Source: a bacterium (lineage in GTDB: Bacteria; Electryoneota; Electryoneia; Electryoneales; Electryoneaceae). From it: a DNA stretch of 64,000 nt. The notes beneath the pieces are model-generated. The model made no database searches and was not told the DNA's origin. It was given only the letters and a program-made list of their open reading frames with translations. Positions 30,313-40,300 of this stretch are shown in pieces. Position 1 is the stretch's first letter. The number at the start of each line of letters is the position of its first letter. The position numbers were made by a program, and so were the translations under genes. The stretch is from contig CAXXKJ010000002.1 in assembly GCA_963675295.2 (NCBI GenBank), positions 2,592,001 to 2,656,000 of the forward strand, written 5' to 3'.

Positions 30313-33300
30313 TCACTTCGCACGTTTGAAGGAGCGCCCTCCGCTCCCGTACTGCAAGGCTTCGCGGGGTCCCTCGTGTTGCTGCGAAATGCCGAGCCGG
30401 GGTACCTCTCTCGCATGCCCGTTAAAGGACGATTCGGTCTCGATCAGCTGCACCCAGTCGGCTGTCATGCTGAACACGCCGTGATGTTCCTCGATCAGAC
30501 CATGGACCAGGTACGGCCCGTTGCCTCGCAGAATCGGTGCGTGACGCTCATAAACACGCGGGAAGACCGTCACCTCGAACCGTCCGGTGAGATCCTCCAT
30601 CGCGATAAACTCCATCTGCTGCTTGTTTTTGCGCGTGGTGATGCGTTTATGCGAGTACGCCCAGCCGATCATGGTCACCTGCTGTCCACAATAACTTCCC
30701 ATCTCCCGGGACGGAATGCAACCACGATCCGGCAAATCGAGCAACGCCAGCGGATGTGTGCCCGGCGAGAAACCGAGTACCTTGCGTTCCGCCATGTATT
30801 TCTGCTGTTCGCTCCAGTCGTCGGACGGAGGCAGGTGAGTGAACAGATCGTCCGCGTCAATGACGAGCGGTCCCGGCCCGTTGCGGTAGGCCTCGAAGCC
30901 TGCGCGCAGGTTGCGCAGCAGGGTCGGACGGTTGACACCGAGCCCGTCCAGCGCACCGCATGCGATCAACGCCTCGGCCTCGTCACGCGCGGGACGGATG
31001 CGCATGACAAAGTCGCCGAGATGCCGGAACGGACCCAGTTCACGGCGGTTCTGCAGCATCAGGTCGAGGGTTTCGTCCCGCAACGCCCCCACTCCCCGCA
31101 GTCCGAGCTGGATTGTCTGGTTCTTGCCGAAATGTTCGCGCTCGCTCTGATTGATGTGCGGCAGCAGGACCTGCAACCCGTGGCGTTTCGCATCAGTGAC
31201 ATACGCCGCCTGGCTGTAGTAGCCGCCGCCGTTGGCGAGTACCGCCGCGTAGAACTCCGCCGGGTGATAGGCTTTCAGGTAGGCGAGCTGCATCGACAGG
31301 ACGGCGAACGAGGCGCTGTGTGCCTTGCAGAACGAGTATCCGGCGAAGGACTCGATTTGCCGCCACAGTTCGTCCGCGATTTTCGACGTCACACCACGCT
31401 CATGGCAGCCGAGCCGGAACTCCTCGCGCAGCTTGCGCATCGCATCGTGGCTGCGTCCCTTGCCGCTCATCGCACGGCGCAGCAGGTCGGCGCGTCCCAA
31501 CGGCAGCCCGGCGATATGGTGCGCGACCTTGATCACGTCTTCCTGGTAGATCATCACGCCGTGGGTTTCGGCGAGCAGCGTCTTCATCTTCGGGTGCAGG
31601 TAGGTCGCTTTCGACGGGTCGTTGACGCGCTCGATGTACTGCTCCATCATCCCTGATTCGCTGACTCCGGGCCGGATGACGGAACTCGCCGCGACCAGCC
31701 CCTCGAAATTGTCGCAATCCAGCTTCTGCAGCAACGCGATCATCCCGGGCGACTCGACGTAAAAGACGCCCATCGTCTTGCCGGTGCGCAGCATGGTGCG
31801 AGTCGGGACGTCGTGGAAAACGTGTTCGGTGTCGTCTACGAGCGGATTCTGCCCGTCCCCGTTACGTCGCACCATGGCGCAGGTATCCTTGAGCACACCC
31901 AGCGAACGTTGGCTCAACAGGTCGATCTTGACCAGCCCGAGATCCTCGACGCTGTACATGTCATAGTGTGTGATGACAAAACCCTTGTTCGCGCGTTCGA
32001 GCGCACTCCAGTCGGTGATCGGGGTCGGGGTGATCACGACACCACCGGCGTGGATTGACAGGTGTCGCGGCAGGCTGAGGATGGATTGCGCGGCGTTGGC
32101 GATGCTCAGCCACGGTTCCCGGTCCAGCGGAAGGTTGCGGCATTCCGGTGTTTCGTCCTTCAACGCAGCGAGTGACGAAGGATGAGAGAAATGCGGGATG
32201 TGCCGGGTGATCCGTCCGATCTCCTCCTCGGGCATGCCATACGCGAGTGCGGTTTCGTGCAACGCGGCACGGGCGGCGAAAGTGACATAGGTCGCGATCA
32301 TCGCGACGTGATCGTCGCCGTAGGTGTCGTAGACACCGTGCAGGATGTCGTCCCGGTCGCGCCACGAAAAGTCGAGGTCGATGTCGGGCGGGCTGCTGCG
32401 TTCCGGGTTCAGAAAACGCTCGAAGTAAAGGTCGTATTTGAGCGGACAGATGTCGGTTAGCCGCAGGCAGTAGCAGACCATGCTGTTGGCGGCGGACCCG
32501 CGTCCGAGGGTGCGCACACCTCGTGCCCATGCCTTTCGTGCGATGTCATGCACCACCAGCATGTAGCCGGTGAAACCGAGGTGGTCGATCACGCCGAGCT
32601 CGTAGGCCAACCGTTCGCGGACAGCGTCCGGTGGCGCGGGACCGTACCGCTCCCGGCTGCCCCGTTCCGCACGGTGGCGCAGTTCGTCGAACGCCTCGAT
32701 CCCATCCGGCAGGTGCGGCGCGGGGAACTTCAATTCGCCGAGTCGGAGGTCCACGTCACAGCGTTCGGCGAGGGATACGGTGTTGTGCAGCGCTTCCGGC
32801 GCACTCGCGAAACAGTCGTAGAGGAGCGGAATGTCGATGAGGGCGTGACCGAGCTGATGATCACCCTGTCGAGAGAGGACGGTTCGTTCGCCGATCGCGC
32901 GCAGCAGACGGACGGTTTCCCGTTGCTCCGGGTGGACATGCGTCACCGGTGCGGTGGCGATAAACGGCAGGCCGAGTGACCGGCCGGCGTCCCACGTGCG
33001 GCGGGCATGGTCGCGTGCGTGCGGGTTGTCAAACGCGACGAGGTTGGCGTAGACATCGCCCGGCGGCAGTTGTTCACGCAGCGCCATCAGCAGGTCCGGC
33101 CGGTCGGACGCCGCTATCACCCCCTCCCCCAGCTCACGGACGGCGTGCGACAGCCGGAAATCCTGCTCCAGTTGACGGGACGATGCTGCGCGGCAAATCG
33201 CCGCATAGCCGATTGCGTCTTTCGCCCACAGCACCATCGTGCGTGACGGATCACCCGGTTCGTCCAGCAGAAGACCGAGCACGGGCCGGATCTCGTTCGC

Positions 33301-33480
33301 TTGTGCTGCCTTGTAGCCTTGCACCAGCCCACTGACACGATTGCGGTCGGTGAACGCCAGCGCGGCATGGCCGGCTTCGGCAGCGGCCTGGGCGAGATCT
33401 TTAACTGTTCCCGCGCCCTCGTGGAAGGAATACGGTGTGTGGACGTGCAATGGGACGATATGTGAAGGGTCGAGGGGCAT
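30313..33480 (-). CDS. dnaE2: Error-prone DNA polymerase III alpha subunit (DnaE2-type)
   Basis: PHP domain PLHVHTPYS/TDRN, GRGSAANS, FERFLNPER, PPDIDLDF, KIDLLS, FCKAHSAS, OB fold; follows an ImuB-like gene; no SRDF tail. Confidence 0.88.
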   Translation of the reverse strand: MPLDPSHIVPLHVHTPYSFHEGAGTVKDLAQAAAEAGHAALAFTDRNRVSGLVQGYKAAQANEIRPVLGLLLDEPGDPSRTMVLWAKDAIGYAAICRAASSRQLEQDFRLSHAVRELGEGVIAASDRPDLLMALREQLPPGDVYANLVAFDNPHARDHARRTWDAGRSLGLPFIATAPVTHVHPEQRETVRLLRAIGERTVLSRQGDHQLGHALIDIPLLYDCFASAPEALHNTVSLAERCDVDLRLGELKFPAPHLPDGIEAFDELRHRAERGSRERYGPAPPDAVRERLAYELGVIDHLGFTGYMLVVHDIARKAWARGVRTLGRGSAANSMVCYCLRLTDICPLKYDLYFERFLNPERSSPPDIDLDFSWRDRDDILHGVYDTYGDDHVAMIATYVTFAARAALHETALAYGMPEEEIGRITRHIPHFSHPSSLAALKDETPECRNLPLDREPWLSIANAAQSILSLPRHLSIHAGGVVITPTPITDWSALERANKGFVITHYDMYSVEDLGLVKIDLLSQRSLGVLKDTCAMVRRNGDGQNPLVDDTEHVFHDVPTRTMLRTGKTMGVFYVESPGMIALLQKLDCDNFEGLVAASSVIRPGVSESGMMEQYIERVNDPSKATYLHPKMKTLLAETHGVMIYQEDVIKVAHHIAGLPLGRADLLRRAMSGKGRSHDAMRKLREEFRLGCHERGVTSKIADELWRQIESFAGYSFCKAHSASFAVLSMQLAYLKAYHPAEFYAAVLANGGGYYSQAAYVTDAKRHGLQVLLPHINQSEREHFGKNQTIQLGLRGVGALRDETLDLMLQNRRELGPFRHLGDFVMRIRPARDEAEALIACGALDGLGVNRPTLLRNLRAGFEAYRNGPGPLVIDADDLFTHLPPSDDWSEQQKYMAERKVLGFSPGTHPLALLDLPDRGCIPSREMGSYCGQQVTMIGWAYSHKRITTRKNKQQMEFIAMEDLTGRFEVTVFPRVYERHAPILRGNGPYLVHGLIEEHHGVFSMTADWVQLIETESSFNGHAREVPRLGISQQHEGPREALQYGSGGRSFKRAK

Positions 33481-33504
33481 GGGATCGCGCAATGTGAGTT
33501 TTAA

Positions 33505-33531
33505 CATGCCCCAGACATTCATGTCTGGGAT
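33505..33531. repeat. 27-bp REP-like palindromic element, copy 2 (inverted)
   Basis: CATGCCCCAGACATTCATGTCTGGGAT is the reverse complement of 7678..7704. Confidence 0.85.
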
Positions 33532-33560
33532 GATGGAACTAGGGGTGCGGGCAAGGGCAG

Positions 33561-33657
33561 CGGAGACATTTTGTCCTCAAAGTGTCCCCGTGACCTGCGC
33601 GGACACGACAATCTCCGGACTGTGTTTTCGGGGACACTTAGCGGAGTAAGTGTCCCC
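33561..33657. repeat. Pair of related REP-like hairpins
   Basis: CGGAGACATTT...AAAGTGTCCCCG (33561-90) and GGGGACACTTA-GCGGAG-TAAGTGTCCCC (33630-57). Confidence 0.7.
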
Positions 33658-33680
33658 TCCACCTGTAGTTATACCCGTAC

Positions 33681-34802
33681 CTACACCGCATACCGTACGA
33701 GATCCCGGCCCCAGCGGTCGCGGACACGGGTGACGGCGTGTGTCAATTCGCGGTCACGGAACTGGCGTTGCGCGGGCACAAACAGCGAGAGCTGGCTGGA
33801 CGGGCGTCCGCTCCAGTCCACGGACAAACGGACCTCAGAAATCCGCACACGCCGTGTCCACAGCGTGTCCACCTGTTCGTGGGCCAGCTTCTGCCAACTG
33901 CCTTCGTGCTCGGGGCGATGGGTGTTGAGTCGCGCGCCGCTGCGTTTGCCATCGGTGTAACACAGGATCAATAGCATCGCCCGGGGCGTCCGGCCGAGGT
34001 GGACGAGCACGTGCGTCAATCCGTCCGCGACGAGCTGCGCGACCGCGCGTTGCACCCGTACGAGGTTCGCCGTGTCACCGCCGAGACGTTTCCGTCCACG
34101 CCACTGTTTCGGCGCCGGTCCACGCATACCGAGCGCCGCGATCCGGCGTAGCGCGGGACCGTCCGGTCCAAGCAGGGCGCGCAACACATCTGGCGGCAGG
34201 GTCAGCAGATGTCCGAACCGGTGCACACCGATCTCCGCCAGTGCCGTGAGCTGCAGTGCGCTGAGGTCCGGCAGCAGTTGAAGCGGTTGCGGCGCGAGGA
34301 ACTCACGGACGCCGTGTTCCGGGATCTCGAGCGTTTCACCCACCGGTGCGATCGAGGCCGCAATCTCCGCGACCGCGTCGCCGGGTGCGATTCCCCACGC
34401 AGCGTGATAGTTGAGTGCGTGCAGCTGATGTGCCGCATGCTCGAGTGCCGTGTGCAGGAACCGTCGTCCCCGGGACCACAACGCCTGCACCACTCCCGGC
34501 CGGATGACGTGTGGATCGGGCAGGTCCTGCGACAGCTGGAGGAGTAGCTGTTGTTCCCCGGAGAGATATCGCATCGGGCTCGCGTGGATGATCTCGCCAC
34601 GAAAGCCGTGCACTTGTCCAGTCCGCATGCCGGGACGTGCACCCTGCAACACAGCCAGCGGACAGGCGGAGAGGATCAGCGACCGATCCCCCTCCCCGGC
34701 ACAGACCAGCAGCGGGCGGTCAGCGGGCAGGTGCTGCAGCTGTCGCTCAAGCAGCGCGTAAAATCCCGGAATCCGGAGTACGATGTGGGTGTTGTTCAGC
34801 AT
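33681..34802 (-). CDS. imuB: ImuB-like inactive Y-family polymerase, C-terminally short
   Basis: Y-family fold remnants (HIVLRIPGFYA, GARPGMR, EFLAPQPL..LP, GVHRFGHL) without catalytic Asp/Glu; clamp motif QLSLF; terminal LTHAVTRVRDRWGRDLV; upstream of dnaE2. Confidence 0.75.
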   Translation of the reverse strand: MLNNTHIVLRIPGFYALLERQLQHLPADRPLLVCAGEGDRSLILSACPLAVLQGARPGMRTGQVHGFRGEIIHASPMRYLSGEQQLLLQLSQDLPDPHVIRPGVVQALWSRGRRFLHTALEHAAHQLHALNYHAAWGIAPGDAVAEIAASIAPVGETLEIPEHGVREFLAPQPLQLLPDLSALQLTALAEIGVHRFGHLLTLPPDVLRALLGPDGPALRRIAALGMRGPAPKQWRGRKRLGGDTANLVRVQRAVAQLVADGLTHVLVHLGRTPRAMLLILCYTDGKRSGARLNTHRPEHEGSWQKLAHEQVDTLWTRRVRISEVRLSVDWSGRPSSQLSLFVPAQRQFRDRELTHAVTRVRDRWGRDLVRYAV

Positions 34803-34808
34803 GGCGAT

Positions 34809-34837
34809 AAGATACTGAACATCCGTTCACTTTGCAA
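34809..34837 (-). promoter_or_regulatory. Sigma70 promoter with LexA-like box in the spacer; predicted leaderless transcript
   Basis: Minus strand TTGCAA-[AGTGAACGGATGTTCAG]-TATCTT-ATCGCC-ATG; palindrome TGAAC-N4-GTTCA at 34816-34829. Confidence 0.85.
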
Positions 34838-35011
34838 GGGTGGATAGACTTGAAAGGATCGGAGGAAACGTGTATGATAAAAGGGGATTGCCGGGTGGAG
34901 CCGGAGAGCAGGTAACCTCGCGAGACTGGAAATAATGATGATTTTGCACTCTTTATAATGTAGATTATCGACGATTGGTAAATCGTCAGGTGACCGTAAC
35001 CGGGGCAGGAC

Positions 35012-36820
35012 ATGTTTGGTAAGAACCGCAAGCGCGCCACACAGGATCTGGTGATGCAGGAGTTGAAGACGGCTGGCGTTCAGGCACCCGCGAAGCAGCG
35101 GGAGTACCGTAAGGGTACGATCAAGTTGAGCGATGCGAAGCTGGTCGAACGACTCCGTTTTCATGGTCTGTCGGAAGAAGATCTCGGTGTGATTGCGACG
35201 TGGGAGCCCACGTGCCGCAAGGTGTCGGACAAGCTCGTTGACATCTTCTACGATCGCATTCTGAAGCAACCGGAAACGAAGGCCATCCTGCTGAAGTATT
35301 CGTCCGTCGAGAAGCAGCGTCCCCGGTTGACCAAATACGCTCTTACTCTCTTCTCCGGAGTGATTGACGACCAGTATGTCGCGTTTCGCGTTCATGTCGG
35401 CAAAATGCATGACGACATCGATCTCGATTCGAATTGGTATGTCGCGATGTACGAGATTATCCGCCAGGTGTTGGTGCAGGCGGTGCGTGACGATGGCGCG
35501 ACGGATGCCGAAGCGCAGCGCTTCGCGGATGCGTTGAACCGGCTGATCCAGGTCGACATCGCTTTGGTCACCACGGCGCTGGGCGATTCGCGGATGGGCA
35601 AGATTCACGCGCTGCGGAAGAAGCAGGCGGAGACGATGCAGAGCCTGATCAACGAATTGATCGGTGCCGCGCGTGAAGGCAAGCTCAGCACCCGCGTCAA
35701 TCCGGACAAGTACGAGGGTGAGGTTCGCACGTTCGTGATGGCGGTCAACGAGATGCTCGACGCGATCGTCAAGCCGGTACAGGAGGCTTCGACGGTGCTG
35801 CGCCGGATTGCGGATCGGGATCTTACCGCGCGGGTCGAAGGGGCATACCGTGGTGATCATGCGTTAATCAAGGATGCGTTGAACAAGGCGACAGCGAAGT
35901 TGCAGAGCGCGTTGATCGAGGTCGGCAGGGCTGTTGATGAGGTCAACACCGGGTCGACGCAGGTCGCACTGGCCAGCCAGTCTCTATCCGACGGATCGAC
36001 GCAGCAGGCGAGTTCACTGGAGGAGATCAGCTCGACGATGGACCAGATCACCTCCCAGACCCGTCAAACGGCGGACAATTCGTCACAAGCTCAGTCGCTC
36101 AGCGTGGACGCCCGTTCCGGCGCCGAAGAGGGCAACCGGCGGATGAAGGAAATGCTGGAAGCGATGCACGAGATCAACGAAGCGTCCAGCCAGATCTCGA
36201 AGATCATCAAGGTCATTGACGAAATCGCGTTCCAGACCAACCTGCTGGCGTTGAACGCAGCGGTCGAAGCAGCGCGCGCCGGGGTGCATGGCAAGGGCTT
36301 CGCGGTGGTTGCGGAAGAGGTGCGAAATCTGGCTGGCCGTAGTGCACGGGCTGCCAAGGAAACCACCGAACTGATCGAAGGTTCGCTGAAGAAGGTTGAA
36401 AAGGGCTACGAGTTGGCCAATGAAACCGCCACCTCGCTGGGCGATATCGTGGAATCAGTGACCAAGATGACAGACATCATCAGCGAAATCGCCAGCGCGT
36501 CCCGTGAGCAGGCGTCCGGCATTGACCAGATGAACGCCGCGTTGGTTCAGATCGGTGAGGTCACCCAGGGCAATGCGGCGAACTCGGAGGAATCCGCTGC
36601 GGCGTCGGAAGAGTTGTCAGGCCAGGCGATGCACCTGCAGCAAATGGTGAACAACTTCGAGCTGGGGATTGGACGAAAGCATTTGTCGCAGCAGAAGCAA
36701 CAGCAACGTTCTGGCGGAAGCCAGCAGCGCCGTCTGGCGACACGAACTCAGGCTCCGGCTTCGCACCGTCCAAAGACTCCGGCAATCAAGCTGGATGACG
36801 ACGATTTCGGTGGTTTCTGA
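35012..36820 (+). CDS. Soluble globin-coupled methyl-accepting chemotaxis protein (HemAT-like sensor, HAMP, MCP signalling domain)
   Basis: Protoglobin-like N-terminus (VDIFYDRI; [13 protein letters not shown] proximal His), no [23 protein letters not shown]-terminal pentapeptide DFGGF. Confidence 0.92.
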   Translation: MFGKNRKRATQDLVMQELKTAGVQAPAKQREYRKGTIKLSDAKLVERLRFHGLSEEDLGVIATWEPTCRKVSDKLVDIFYDRILKQPETKAILLKYSSVEKQRPRLTKYALTLFSGVIDDQYVAFRVHVGKMHDDIDLDSNWYVAMYEIIRQVLVQAVRDDGATDAEAQRFADALNRLIQVDIALVTTALGDSRMGKIHALRKKQAETMQSLINELIGAAREGKLSTRVNPDKYEGEVRTFVMAVNEMLDAIVKPVQEASTVLRRIADRDLTARVEGAYRGDHALIKDALNKATAKLQSALIEVGRAVDEVNTGSTQVALASQSLSDGSTQQASSLEEISSTMDQITSQTRQTADNSSQAQSLSVDARSGAEEGNRRMKEMLEAMHEINEASSQISKIIKVIDEIAFQTNLLALNAAVEAARAGVHGKGFAVVAEEVRNLAGRSARAAKETTELIEGSLKKVEKGYELANETATSLGDIVESVTKMTDIISEIASASREQASGIDQMNAALVQIGEVTQGNAANSEESAAASEELSGQAMHLQQMVNNFELGIGRKHLSQQKQQQRSGGSQQRRLATRTQAPASHRPKTPAIKLDDDDFGGF

Positions 36821-36848
36821 TCCTGAGAACAGTTCATGAAGAACGTAC

Positions 36849-36882
36849 AACAGCCCATCCGCGTGGATGGGCTGTTTTCTTT
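36849..36882. terminator. Terminator between convergent genes
   Basis: AACAGCCCATCC-GCGT-GGATGGGCTGTT followed by TTCTTT. Confidence 0.85.
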
Positions 36883-36891
36883 GTCCTGATG

Positions 36892-37314
36892 CTATTGATC
36901 CGGGATCAGCCGCTTTCCCATTGACAAGACCGCGTCAACTTTGTATCCGATTCGCTCGTAGAACTCGATGGCGGCGCGGTTTGTCTCTCTCACCTGCAGG
37001 TTCAGTTTTGGACAGCCTCGTTCAAGCAGTAGCTGCTCGAGCGTGTCCATCACCTCACGTCCTAAGCCCTGGTGGCGGTGGTCCGGATCGACCGCGAGGT
37101 AGTTGACCCAGCCCCGGTGCCCATCGTACCCACCCATCGCGGTGGCGACAATCTCACCTTCCACCACGCCGACGAGAAACAGCTCGGATTGTACGGTCTG
37201 CTTGCGGGCGATATCCTTCGCCGGGTCGTTCCAGGGAACGGTCAGGTCGCAACGATCCCACAGCCGCACAATGGCATCCTGATCGGAATCCTGGTATGGT
37301 CTGATCTGCATCAT
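36892..37314 (-). CDS. GNAT acetyltransferase (YpeA-like)
   Basis: PWNDPAKDIARK, MGGYDGHRGWVNYLAV, HQGLG, GCPKLNLQVR. Confidence 0.93.
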   Translation of the reverse strand: MMQIRPYQDSDQDAIVRLWDRCDLTVPWNDPAKDIARKQTVQSELFLVGVVEGEIVATAMGGYDGHRGWVNYLAVDPDHRHQGLGREVMDTLEQLLLERGCPKLNLQVRETNRAAIEFYERIGYKVDAVLSMGKRLIPDQ

Positions 37315-37329
37315 CGTCGACTCTCCCCC

Positions 37330-37360
37330 AAGAAAAAAGGCTCCGGAATTCCGAAGCCTT
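37330..37360 (-). terminator. Intrinsic terminator of the RND operon
   Basis: AAGGCTTCGG-AATT-CCGGAGCCTT followed by TTTTCTT on the minus strand. Confidence 0.8.
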
Positions 37361-37373
37361 GGTGAACGTCATG

Positions 37374-40300
37374 TTATTCAACCGCTTCTCCAGCAGCCAG
37401 CCGTTTCCTCTCCCCTTTCAACTCCATGGCGACGAAGAGAACGGGAATCACGAACAAGCCGAGCACGGTTGAAACCAGCAGCCCGCCAATCGCGACGACG
37501 GCCATCGGTGCGCGGAATTCACCACCGGCACCGATCCCCAGCGCCAACGGCATCATCCCAAGCGCGGTCGCGAGCGAACTCATCAGGATCGGCCTGAGAC
37601 GAACCGGGCAGGCTGTCAGCACAGCATCCACCAGCCCCTTGCCGTCACGTCGCAGCTCCTGCGTGTAGTCGATCAACAGAATCCCGTTGTTGACCACGAT
37701 ACCGACGAGCATCACGATCGCCATCAGCGAGAACATTGAGATGGTCATGCCGGTCATCACCAGCGCCATCGAGACACCGATCAGCGCGAGCGGCAGCGTC
37801 ATCATGATGATCAACGGGAATCGGTAGCTTTCCAGGATTGCCGCCAGCAGCATGTAGGTCAGGATGATCGCCAGCACCAGCGCTTGCAACAGGCTGGTAA
37901 ACGAGGACGCCATGTTCTCGGCTTCACCGCCGAAGTACACCGTCACGCCATCTGGAAGCTGCGGACTCGGAACCGGAATGGTACTGCTCTCACCCCGGAG
38001 AATGTCCTGCATCACTTGGGCCGGATCGGTCGCAGGAAGCTGCATCACTTCCGCGATCTGGGCTTGCAGCTCACCCGTGGTGATGTTCACCGAGTTCGCG
38101 GACACCGTGACCATCCGCATTTTGTTCTTACGGTTGATCTGTGTCGGGCCGGTGCCATAGCGAATGTCCGCCACCGCTTTCAGCGGGATGAAGCCGTTCG
38201 GCGTCTGGACGAGCAGGTCTTCCAGCGATTCGACACGGTTGCGCTCCTGCTCCTGAAGCTGGACACGGATATCGTACTCTTCACCCGCTTCACGGTATGT
38301 GGTTTCGGTCGCCCCCTCGAAGAAGGTTCGCAGCACACCCGCGATTTCCTGAACGGTTACGCCACGATCCGCCATCTTGATGCGATCCGGCCGGACAACG
38401 ATTTCCGGCTTGCCCGTTTCCCAGTCGCTGCGAACGTCGACTGCGTTTCCGGTGCTGCGGATCAGTTCGATGGTTCTTTCCGCTGCATCAACGAGGTCAT
38501 CCTGGTTTCGGCCTTGCAGCTGAAGCTGGATGTCCGCGCTTGACCCGCCGCCGAACTGAGTTGCCTCAGAGACGAGGATTTCAGCTGCCGGTACGTCGGC
38601 TAATCGCTCGCGCAGTTCCTTTACGATTACGCTGGTCGGTGGATAATTGTTGTTCTCGATGTCCGCAAGTGTGGCGAACACATAGCCATACTGTACGCCG
38701 GATGCGCTGCCAAGATCTTCACCGCCACTCTGGCCCAAAGCTGTGTAGAGTGACTTTACTTCCTGGTACGAGGATATCTCTTCTTCCACCCGCTGCAGCA
38801 CCCGATCGGTTTCTTCCAGCCTTGAACCGGCGGGCATTTCCACCGCGACCTGAAGTCGGCGTTCGTCGTAGCTCGGGAAGAACTCGCTGCCGATGAAGCT
38901 GAACAGGAATAAGCCGAACACGAAGATCAAGCTTGTGATCCCGATGACGATGAAGCGGTGCTTGATCGCCCAGTTCAATCCAGTGCGGTAATCACTGGCC
39001 AGTTCGTTGTACCACTTGTCCCAGCCCCGGGCGAATGCCTTCACCCCGCCCAATTTGTCCGCCAGGGCAATCAGTCCGACGACGACTGCAACGGCCGTGG
39101 CCGTGATCGGTCCGAGAATAATCCATACGGCTGCGAGAGTGAGGATCGCAACGAACGCGTACGTTTTCGCTTTCAGTTTCTGCGACGCCATCATCGGTGT
39201 CAATGTGAAACTTACCAGCAGGCTGAAGATGGTTGCGAACGCCACGGTCAACCCGAACTGCCGGAAAATCGGCCCGATGATGCCGGCCATGAACGCCATC
39301 GGCGTGAATACGACGATGTTGGTCAGAGTTGCCGCCGAAACGGCCACCGCGATCTGGCCGGTACCCTTGCTGGCGGCTTCCTTGAGCGAGAGTCCCTCAT
39401 CACGCAATCGCTCGATATTTTCGAGCACCACGATGGCGTTCACCACGAGAATACCGACCGAAATCGCCAGTCCCATCAAGCTCATCACGTTGATCGTGAA
39501 GTTTGCGGCTTCGAGCAGGATGAACGTTGAGACAATCGAGATCGGCATTGCTACCGCGGCGATGACCGTACCTCGCCAGCTGTGCAGGAAGAGGAACAGC
39601 ACCAGAGCCGTAAACAGAATGCCGAGCACGAGGTTGCCCGACACGTCCGCGACCGAATCGCGGATAAACTTGCTGGTGTCGGTCGCGATCTCGATGTTGA
39701 CACCTGCCGGCATCATCTTCTGCAGCCGGTCAACGGTGGAGAAAATGTCGTCCGCAACCTGAACCGTGTTCGCGTCCGAACGCTTGACGAGGTTCAACCC
39801 GATGGACGGTGTCCCGTTGTATCGCGCCAGCTCACGCATCTCCGCGAAATCGTCGACGACGTTCGCGATCGCGTCAAGCCGGATCGGACCGGATGCGGTC
39901 TGCAATTGCAGCGCACGGATCTCGTCCACCGCTTCCAGCTCGCCTTCGACACGAACGGTGTATTCGCTGCGGCCTTTCTCGATACGTCCGGCCGGGATGT
40001 CGAGGTTCGCGGCGGTTAGTGCGCCGACGATCTGCATCGGATTGACCTGGTACGCGCGCATCAGTTTCGTTGACAGTTCGACGCGAATCTCGCGTTCCTT
40101 CTCACCGATGACGTCAACGTTCGCGAGTCCGGGAATCTTCTGCAACTCCGGACGGATTTGCTGATCCACAAGCAGATACAGGTCTTCCAGCGGCAGGTCG
40201 CCGATGACGGCCAGGTTGACAATTGCGGACGCACCCATCTCGAACTTCTGCACAATCGGGTCCTGAATGTCGTCCGGCAGGTCGTTACGAATCGCATCGA

